Positions 47,375 through 54,045 of a stretch of 64,000 nucleotides of DNA are shown piece after piece; the stretch's first letter is position 1; each line of letters opens with the position of its first letter. The notes under the pieces are model-generated. The model was not told where the DNA came from. It did no database searches and saw only the letters and a list, made by a program, of their open reading frames with translations. The DNA comes from Intestinibacillus massiliensis (GTDB lineage: Bacteria > Bacillota > Clostridia > Oscillospirales > Butyricicoccaceae). The stretch is from assembly GCA_029267335.1 (NCBI GenBank), contig JAJUJC010000003.1, positions 165,044 through 229,043 of the forward strand. Direction: 5' to 3'. The position numbers and the translations under genes are program-made.

Positions 47375-47403
47375 CCCCCGTATGATTTCACATCATACGG
47401 GGG
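47375..47403 (-). terminator. Intrinsic terminator of tRNA-Val
   Basis: 12-bp stem CCCCCGTATGAT/ATCATACGGGGG. On the minus strand it is followed by TTTTGCATTTT. Confidence 0.85.
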
Positions 47404-47410
47404 TTTAAAC

Positions 47411-47487
47411 TGGTGAAGATGAGAGGACTTGAACCTCCGACCTCCTGCATGTCAAGCAGGCGCTCTAACCAACTGGGCTACACCTTC
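47411..47487 (-). tRNA. tRNA-Val (anticodon GAC), CCA encoded
   Basis: Manual cloverleaf: acceptor GAAGGTG/CATCTTC, anticodon stem CCTGC/GCAGG with loop TTGACAT, T-arm GGAGG-TTCAAGT-CCTCT, 5-nt variable loop. One C:A mismatch in the D stem. Confidence 0.9.
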
Positions 47488-47523
47488 ATAGCGGCAAGCC
47501 GACTGGCTTAGCTGACGAAATAT

Positions 47524-47552
47524 ACTATATCACATAAAGCGACCGTTGTCAA
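47524..47552 (-). promoter_or_regulatory. Promoter TTGACA-N17-TATAGT for tRNA-Val
   Basis: Minus-strand hexamers at 47552-47547 and 47529-47524, about 30 nt upstream of the mature tRNA 5' end. Confidence 0.7.
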
Positions 47553-47617
47553 CAATAAATTTAGCATATCTTGCGGCAGAGCAGCGAATGCACCGCTCTG
47601 CCACAAGACGGACTGCG

Positions 47618-48055
47618 TTAAATGCTGTAATCATTGCCCATACTGGAACGTTCGATATCAACCAGATCTGCGAGTGTGATGTGATCGACCACATCCGCGA
47701 TCGCGTTGTCGAGCTTTTTCCACACATAAAGTGTGGCACAGGTGGTAGCACGCTCACAAGAGGGCGCGCCCTCATCCAGGCAGGCAACGGGTGCCAGACC
47801 ACCTTCCGTCAAGCGCAGGATCATGCCGACGGTATATTCGCCGGGGGAGCGGGTCAAACGGTAGCCGCCGCGCGCACCGCGTGTGGAGGACACATAGCCC
47901 GCGCGTGTGAGCAGTGCAATGATCTGCTCAAGGTATTTTTCGGAAATATCCTGCCGGCTTGCGATCGCCTTGATCGGCACAGCCTCGCCGGTATCATGCA
48001 GTGCAAGATCGAGCATCATACGCAGTGCATAACGTCCTTTGGTGGAAATCTTCAT
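47618..48055 (-). CDS. Rrf2-family transcriptional regulator with three-Cys cluster (likely Fe-S binding)
   Basis: MKISTKGRYALRMMLDLA N-terminus and Cys spacing C-x7-C-x5-C. ATG 48055 follows AAAGGAAG. Confidence 0.9.
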   Translation of the reverse strand: MKISTKGRYALRMMLDLALHDTGEAVPIKAIASRQDISEKYLEQIIALLTRAGYVSSTRGARGGYRLTRSPGEYTVGMILRLTEGGLAPVACLDEGAPSCERATTCATLYVWKKLDNAIADVVDHITLADLVDIERSSMGNDYSI

Positions 48056-48086
48056 GGGATCACGCTTCCTTTCACGGTAGCCGTTT

Positions 48087-49298
48087 TTAGAACGGCTGCG
48101 ACATGATGGTGTAGCCCGCTTCCCGCAGCGCATCGAGCAGGCGCTGACCGTGTTCTTTGCCGCCGACCTCGCAGACAACGCGGACGATCGCTTCGTCAAT
48201 GTCAAGCTCTGCCTGCACGCGGTCGTGCTGGAACATAATGACGTTCGCGCCGCACTCCGCAACGATTGCGGAGAAGGTTGCGAGCGAACCGGGAATATCG
48301 GGCATGATGGTAGAGAACTTCATATGGCGGCCGCGAGTCACCAGACCCTTTTCAACCACTTTGTGGATAAAGGATACGTCGATATTGCCGCCGGACAGCA
48401 CACATACGACCTTCTTGCCGCGCACATCGACCTTACCGCCGAGCAGCGCCGCGAGAGACGACGCGCCGGCAGGCTCTACGACCTGCTTCGTGCGCTCGAG
48501 CAGAAACAGAATGGCGGACGAGATCTCCGCGTCGGTCACGGTGATCATTCGGTCAACGTACTGGTTGATATACGCCATCGTCGTCGTGCCGGGCGTGGCG
48601 ACCGCAATACCGTCCGCAATGGTATGCACACGGGCAGCGGGCTGCGGATCGTCGTTGTGGAATGCGTTGACTGCGGCGCATGCGCCTGCCGCCTGCACGC
48701 CGATGACCTGCACGCGCGGGTTGATCTGTTTGACATATGCTGCAATACCGGAGATCAGTCCGCCGCCGCCGACGGGAACAAAAATCATGTCCACACCGGG
48801 AAGGTCACGCAAGATCTCGAGCGCGATCGTGCCCTGACCCGCGATCACATCCTCATCATCGAACGGATGGATGAATTCCGCGCCGGTCTCTTCGCAGATC
48901 TCACGCGCCCGCGCATAGGCTTCATCGTAGATTGAGCCGGCAAGGACGACCTCCGCACCATAGCCCTCGGTTGCGGAAACCTTGGCGATGGGTGCGGATT
49001 TGGGCATGACGATGGTGGATTTGACGCCCACAGAGGTCGCCGCGAAGGCAACACCCTGCGCATGATTGCCTGCGGAAGAGGCAACGACCGCCTTGAGGTT
49101 GCCTTCCTCGTAGCGTTTCATGATCTTGTTGTACGCGCCGCGCACCTTGAAGGAGCCGGTTTTCTGCTGGTTTTCATACTTGAGATAAACCTCCGCACCG
49201 GATAACTGGGAAAATGTGTGGGAGGTAGCAAGCGGGATCGTATGGATGACGTTCTTTAAGCGACTCGCTGCGGTTTCGAAATCTTTTACCGAAAGCAT
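48087..49298 (-). CDS. ilvA: Threonine ammonia-lyase (short form with one ACT-like domain)
   Basis: PLP-Lys motif SFKVRGAYNK and the GGGGLISG loop. ATG 49298 lies 7 nt after GAGGA. The ATG at 49304 is only 1 nt from the SD. Confidence 0.9.
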   Translation of the reverse strand: MLSVKDFETAASRLKNVIHTIPLATSHTFSQLSGAEVYLKYENQQKTGSFKVRGAYNKIMKRYEEGNLKAVVASSAGNHAQGVAFAATSVGVKSTIVMPKSAPIAKVSATEGYGAEVVLAGSIYDEAYARAREICEETGAEFIHPFDDEDVIAGQGTIALEILRDLPGVDMIFVPVGGGGLISGIAAYVKQINPRVQVIGVQAAGACAAVNAFHNDDPQPAARVHTIADGIAVATPGTTTMAYINQYVDRMITVTDAEISSAILFLLERTKQVVEPAGASSLAALLGGKVDVRGKKVVCVLSGGNIDVSFIHKVVEKGLVTRGRHMKFSTIMPDIPGSLATFSAIVAECGANVIMFQHDRVQAELDIDEAIVRVVCEVGGKEHGQRLLDALREAGYTIMSQPF

Positions 49299-49331
49299 AG
49301 ACATATCCTCTTTAAAACTGAAGTTTTTTCT

Positions 49332-49360
49332 AGTTTAGCACCAAACGTCGACAAATGCAA
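49332..49360 (-). promoter_or_regulatory. Promoter TTGCAT-N17-TAAACT (TGc extended -10) for ilvA
   Basis: Minus-strand hexamers with a 17-nt spacer. Confidence 0.5.
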
Positions 49361-49429
49361 GGTTTCTTGCGAGGAAAACCACCGGGATTACTGGGATTTA
49401 GCAAAAGTATGTGAAAAACGATGTCGCAC

Positions 49430-49458
49430 TTGTGTTTTTGTGGCAGGATTGTTATAAT
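49430..49458 (+). promoter_or_regulatory. Promoter TTGTGT-N17-TATAAT
   Basis: Upstream of the coiled-coil gene. Confidence 0.5.
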
Positions 49459-49500
49459 AGGTACAGATTAGAAACGCAGACGCACGACGGAGGACGAGGC

Positions 49501-50241
49501 ATGTACGAGGAGAGCAAGGGCTTTAAAACAGCGCTGATGGGCGGCTTTAACCGCGAGGACGTGCTGCAATATATCGAACAGTCAGCCAAGGAGAGCAGCC
49601 AGCGTCTGGCGGCGATGCAGCAGGAAAATGAGCTGCTGCTTGCCGAGCGCAATGAGCTGCGCGAGAAAAATGAAACGCTCAGCCAGAAAAATGCCGACCT
49701 GCTTGAGCGTCTGGGTGAGATGACGGTTGCCGATGAAAAGCTGCAAACCAGTGCGCAGGAGCATGCGCGGCGCGCGGAGCAGGGCGAAGCCACACTGCGT
49801 GAACTGCAGGAGCGCGTTGCGGCACTGGAGGAAGAAAACCGCACGCTGCGCGAGCAGTCCCGTGAGGTCGCGGCACGCTGCGCGGAATACGATGCGCTCA
49901 AGGAAAATTTGACGGAAATGGAGCTTGCCGCGCACAGACGCGCCCGTGAGATCGAAGAGCGGGCACAGTTCGATGCAAAACGTGTGCGCGTACAATCCGC
50001 CGAGGTGATCACTGCGCTGAAAAAGGAATTGCTCACGGTGTGTGACGCGTATCGTGCCGCTGCCGCGCATGCGGCGCAGGTGGCGGAAGAAAATGCGCGC
50101 CGTACGACCGGCATGCAGGCGACGCTCGACGGTGTGATCCAGACACTAGACGAGGTCGTCGTAGGGGAGTTGTCTCCGGGGCAGGGCGAGGCGGCGGAAC
50201 GACCGACGCTGCAACGCATTCTGGACAGCCTGAAAAAATAA
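49501..50241 (+). CDS. DivIVA-like coiled-coil protein
   Basis: ATG 49501 follows GGAGGA. N-terminal FKTALMGGFNREDVLQYIE resembles the DivIVA lipid-binding motif. The rest is heptad-rich and Glu/Arg/Ala-rich. Confidence 0.6.
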   Translation: MYEESKGFKTALMGGFNREDVLQYIEQSAKESSQRLAAMQQENELLLAERNELREKNETLSQKNADLLERLGEMTVADEKLQTSAQEHARRAEQGEATLRELQERVAALEEENRTLREQSREVAARCAEYDALKENLTEMELAAHRRAREIEERAQFDAKRVRVQSAEVITALKKELLTVCDAYRAAAAHAAQVAEENARRTTGMQATLDGVIQTLDEVVVGELSPGQGEAAERPTLQRILDSLKK

Positions 50242-50257
50242 GGAGCAATCGTAGAAT

Positions 50258-50815
50258 ATGTCACATTATCAGATCAATACCACTGAACTCAAGGAAATTG
50301 CACCCAAGCTGCGTGCAGGCGATACGGTTTCGCTGACCGGCGTCATTTATACCGCCCGTGATGCTGCGCATAAGCGCATTGTTGCGGCAATGGAGGCGGG
50401 CGAGCCGCTGCCGTTTGCCCTCGATGGGGCTGCGATCTATTATGCGGGCCCGACCCCCGCGAAGCCGGGACAGGTCGTCGGTTCGATCGGCCCCACGACC
50501 TCCGGACGCATGGATCCCTACGCGCCGACGCTGCTCGATGCGGGATTGACCTGCATGATCGGTAAGGGCGCGCGCGGAACGGGCGTCGCGCAAGCGATGG
50601 CGCGCAACGGTGCGGTCTATATGGTCGCGATCGGCGGCGCGGGCGCACTAATCGCGGGCGCGATCAAGTCCTTGGAGGTCGTTGCCTACGAGGATTTGGG
50701 CTGTGAATCGGTCAAGCGATTGACGGTCGATAATTTTCCGGCGATCGTTTCCATGGACTGCACGGGAGGTAACCTCTACGAAGCGGGCACGCAGACCTAT
50801 CAGGGTCGCGCGTAA
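50258..50815 (+). CDS. Fe-S-type hydro-lyase beta subunit (class I fumarase / tartrate dehydratase C-terminal domain family)
   Basis: 185 aa. LTGVIYTARDAAHKRI and GPTTSGRMD motifs typical of the FumA C-terminal/TtdB family. Confidence 0.8.
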   Translation: MSHYQINTTELKEIAPKLRAGDTVSLTGVIYTARDAAHKRIVAAMEAGEPLPFALDGAAIYYAGPTPAKPGQVVGSIGPTTSGRMDPYAPTLLDAGLTCMIGKGARGTGVAQAMARNGAVYMVAIGGAGALIAGAIKSLEVVAYEDLGCESVKRLTVDNFPAIVSMDCTGGNLYEAGTQTYQGRA

Positions 50816-50914
50816 ATAAGAAATGTAAAAGGCACTCGAACATTTTCGGGTGCCTTTTTGATGTCATTGCACATAAAATCATCATGGGGATACAAAGGGG
50901 GAGGAAGGAACGCA

Positions 50915-50950
50915 CATAGAAGAAGCCCCTGTACAGGGGCTTCTTCTATG
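50915..50950. terminator. 17-bp perfect hairpin between convergent genes
   Basis: CATAGAAGAAGCCCCTG-TA-CAGGGGCTTCTTCTATG. No clear U-tracts. Confidence 0.55.
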
Positions 50951-50965
50951 TGACTGCATGCGTCG

Positions 50966-51553
50966 TCAGGAGGCGTGCAGCAGTACCGCATCAGCCGCGC
51001 CGGAGATGAGCTGCGCGGCGTGGGAAACGATGATCTCCCGTCCCTCCGGCATATCCGCGTCGAGCCATTCCTTGAGGATGCCGATCATGCCAAAGGTCGC
51101 AAAGGCGAAAAAGCTATGCAGCGTATCCTGCGCCACATGGGGAAAACGCGCACGGATGCGCATTGTGCCATTCTCGTAGATGAGCTGTTGGAATTTATCC
51201 AGAAAATCCGACGCGGCGCGATTTTGAAACAGACATTTGCAGATGTTGGCATTGGTGGAAATATAATCTGTGATCGGCTCCAGTAAAGACCGCAGATCGT
51301 GCGCCTGCGTGCTGCCGCCGTATTGGTCGATCATGGACTGAAAATCGTCCAGTGTTTCATTTTCCAAATGCGCGAGCAGGTCGTAGGTGCTGGAAAAGTG
51401 CATATAAAACGTGCCGCGGTTGATGTCGGCGCGCTCCGCAACATCGCGCACGCTAATCTCCTGAAAATCCTTTTCGCGCATCAGTTCCGCGAGCGCCTGT
51501 TTGAGCAGACGGTTGGTGCGCCGCACGCGGCGATCTTGTTTTTCGATCTCCAT
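50966..51553 (-). CDS. TetR/AcrR-family transcriptional regulator
   Basis: ATG 51553 follows GAGGAGGA. HTH segment ISVRDVAERADINRGTFYMHF. Confidence 0.9.
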   Translation of the reverse strand: MEIEKQDRRVRRTNRLLKQALAELMREKDFQEISVRDVAERADINRGTFYMHFSSTYDLLAHLENETLDDFQSMIDQYGGSTQAHDLRSLLEPITDYISTNANICKCLFQNRAASDFLDKFQQLIYENGTMRIRARFPHVAQDTLHSFFAFATFGMIGILKEWLDADMPEGREIIVSHAAQLISGAADAVLLHAS

Positions 51554-51576
51554 GATCGTTCCTCCTCTGTAAAAGA

Positions 51577-51608
51577 TAATGAACATATCTTTCAAAATGT
51601 GTTTATTA
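51577..51608. promoter_or_regulatory. Inverted repeat TAATGAACA-N14-TGTTTATTA (candidate TetR operator)
   Basis: 8 of 9 positions complementary. Located in the tetR/MMPL divergent intergenic region. Confidence 0.3.
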
Positions 51609-51664
51609 GTCGCTTGTAAATCGGCATCCATATGGTTATCATACAACACCGGACTGAATTTTCG

Positions 51665-51693
51665 GTTGCAATCCTCTCTGTATCGTATTATAA
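51665..51693 (+). promoter_or_regulatory. Promoter TTGCAA-N17-TATAAT for the MMPL operon
   Basis: Near-consensus hexamers 49 nt upstream of ATG 51742. Confidence 0.65.
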
Positions 51694-51741
51694 TCCAGAC
51701 AAAGAAGAAAATCAACAACTGATTGGATAACGGAGGCAAAG

Positions 51742-54045
51742 ATGAAAAGTGGATTCTTTGACCGTTTGTTGACATCCGCGGTGAAAAGACGCAACCTGAT
51801 CGAAAAGATATTCCTTGTCCTGACGGTCTGTTGCTTGCTTTGCTACCCATTCGTCGGCGTCAACTACGATCTAAGTACCTATCTGCCGCAGAGCGCACCT
51901 ACAAAACAGGCACTCGATGTGATGGAGCGGGAGTTCGGTTATCCGGGCATCGCGCGCATCATGCTCAAGGATGTATCGCTCTATCAGGCAAAGGCGATTC
52001 GAGAGAAAATCTCCAATGTGGACGGCGTCGATGTCGTCGCGGGTCCCGACACCCTGTCGGATGTCTACATGGGCAATAACTTTGTCCAGAACGACTGGAC
52101 GGATGAGTTCTACAAGGACGGCAACGCAGTCATGGAGATTATCTTCAAGGACGGCGACGCGGACAAATCGACCCGCGCGGCACTGGACGAGATCTATGAC
52201 ATCGTCGGGCGCGACAACGCGTGCTTCTCAGGCAGCGCGGTGTCAAGCCAGTCGCGTGAGCAGTCCATCAAACGCGAGATCACGATCGCGATGGCGATCG
52301 CAATGGTCATTATTTTCGCGATTCTGACCCTGACGACAACGTCGTGGTTTGAACCGGTACTGTTTGTCACAGTTATGGCAGTCGCGATCATTATGAATAT
52401 GGGATCAAACATCATATTCGGTACGATCTCCTTCTTCACATTTTCAACCTCAGCAATCTTACAGCTTGCGGTGTCGATGGACTATTCGATCTTCCTGCAG
52501 CACACCTTTACGCGCTACCGCGAGACCGGTATGGACCGCGAGGCAGCGATGGTATATGCGCTGCGCGAGGCGTGTAAATCCGTGCTCGCAAGCGGCGCGA
52601 CGACGATCGTCGGCTTCATCGTATTGGTGTGGATGGAATTCACGATCGGTAAGGACGTCGGCTTCGTTCTGACAAAGGGCATCCTGTGTTCTCTGGCGGC
52701 GGTGCTGTTCTTTATGCCTGCGATGATCCTCAAGTACGATGAGCGCATCGAAAAAACACAGCACAAGCCGTTTCTCCCGCCGTTTGATAAGTTTGCGCAC
52801 CTGATGCACAAGCTGCGTTGGCCGGTTCTGATTATTTGCCTGCTTATCGCAGTGCCGTGCTATTTTGGTCAGGGGCTGAACCACTTCTATTACGGCGATG
52901 AAGCGCTCGGCGCAGGTCCGGGCACGCGCTATTATGAGGATACCCAACAGATTAACGAAGTGTTCGGCAAGTCGAACGTCGTGCTCGGTATCGTGCCGAC
53001 GGGCTCGAACCCGCGCGAAAAAGAAATGACGCAGGAACTGAACGATCTGCCGTTTGTCAACTACGCGATCTCGCTTGCAGACGCACTGCCGCAGGGCGTG
53101 CCAGAGAGCTTTCTGCCGTCCGATCTGGTGGAAAAGCTCCACACAAAGGACTATGCCCGCGTGATCGTGTCGATGGCGACCGATCAGGAGAGTACATATG
53201 CGTTCGATTGCAGTGACAAGCTGACGAACGTCGTGAGAAAGTATTATCCCGACGATTCCTATGTCATCGGCATGACACCGACCACGATCGATATTCGCGA
53301 TATTTTGTCCAAGGACTATAATCGCGTGTCGATGCTGTCGCTGATTGGCGTTATCATCATCGTCCTGCTTACGTTTAAGTCCATTCTCGTGCCGGTATTC
53401 GTTATTATCCCGATCGAGATTGCAATTTACCTGAACATGACGATCCCATACTTGATCGGCGATTCGATGGTATATATCGGATATATCATTGTAAGCTGTC
53501 TGCAGCTCGGCGCGACGATCGACTATGCGATCCTGATGACGAACAACTATTTGGATGAACGCAAGGAGCATTCCAGTCAGGATGCTGCGATGCGCGCCAT
53601 CAGCCGAAGCGCGCTGTCCATCCTGACCTCCGGCTCGATCCTGACGGTGGTCGGCTATCTGCTGTACTTCACCTCGTCGATCCAAGCGATTTCGCAGGTC
53701 GGACGGTTGGTCGGCCGCGGCGCGATGCTGTCCATGATTTTGGTACTGTCGCTGCTGCCGGCGCTGCTGAGCGCATTTGATAAGCAGATCATGCGCGGAC
53801 AGAACCGTCATGCGATTCATGTCGCCAAGCGCAAAAAAAGACTGGATACGGCACAGGAAAGCGAGCACGGCTCAGGTTTCCGTTTTGAACTGCCGCATAA
53901 GAGCGTTTCCGAGCATGACATTTTAGAAAATCTGCGTGCCAAGCGCAAAAAGCGCAAGGGGCAGCCCGACGAACAGGCGGTCGCCACATTGACCGAGGAA
54001 AAGAAGGAGGAACATTCCGATGAAACGCCAGTTGGAAAACTTTAA
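51742..54045 (+). CDS. MMPL/RND-superfamily membrane transporter
   Basis: 767 aa with two 6-TM bundles, each preceded by a large extracytoplasmic loop. Lys-rich C-terminal tail. Confidence 0.88.
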   Translation: MKSGFFDRLLTSAVKRRNLIEKIFLVLTVCCLLCYPFVGVNYDLSTYLPQSAPTKQALDVMEREFGYPGIARIMLKDVSLYQAKAIREKISNVDGVDVVAGPDTLSDVYMGNNFVQNDWTDEFYKDGNAVMEIIFKDGDADKSTRAALDEIYDIVGRDNACFSGSAVSSQSREQSIKREITIAMAIAMVIIFAILTLTTTSWFEPVLFVTVMAVAIIMNMGSNIIFGTISFFTFSTSAILQLAVSMDYSIFLQHTFTRYRETGMDREAAMVYALREACKSVLASGATTIVGFIVLVWMEFTIGKDVGFVLTKGILCSLAAVLFFMPAMILKYDERIEKTQHKPFLPPFDKFAHLMHKLRWPVLIICLLIAVPCYFGQGLNHFYYGDEALGAGPGTRYYEDTQQINEVFGKSNVVLGIVPTGSNPREKEMTQELNDLPFVNYAISLADALPQGVPESFLPSDLVEKLHTKDYARVIVSMATDQESTYAFDCSDKLTNVVRKYYPDDSYVIGMTPTTIDIRDILSKDYNRVSMLSLIGVIIIVLLTFKSILVPVFVIIPIEIAIYLNMTIPYLIGDSMVYIGYIIVSCLQLGATIDYAILMTNNYLDERKEHSSQDAAMRAISRSALSILTSGSILTVVGYLLYFTSSIQAISQVGRLVGRGAMLSMILVLSLLPALLSAFDKQIMRGQNRHAIHVAKRKKRLDTAQESEHGSGFRFELPHKSVSEHDILENLRAKRKKRKGQPDEQAVATLTEEKKEEHSDETPVGKL

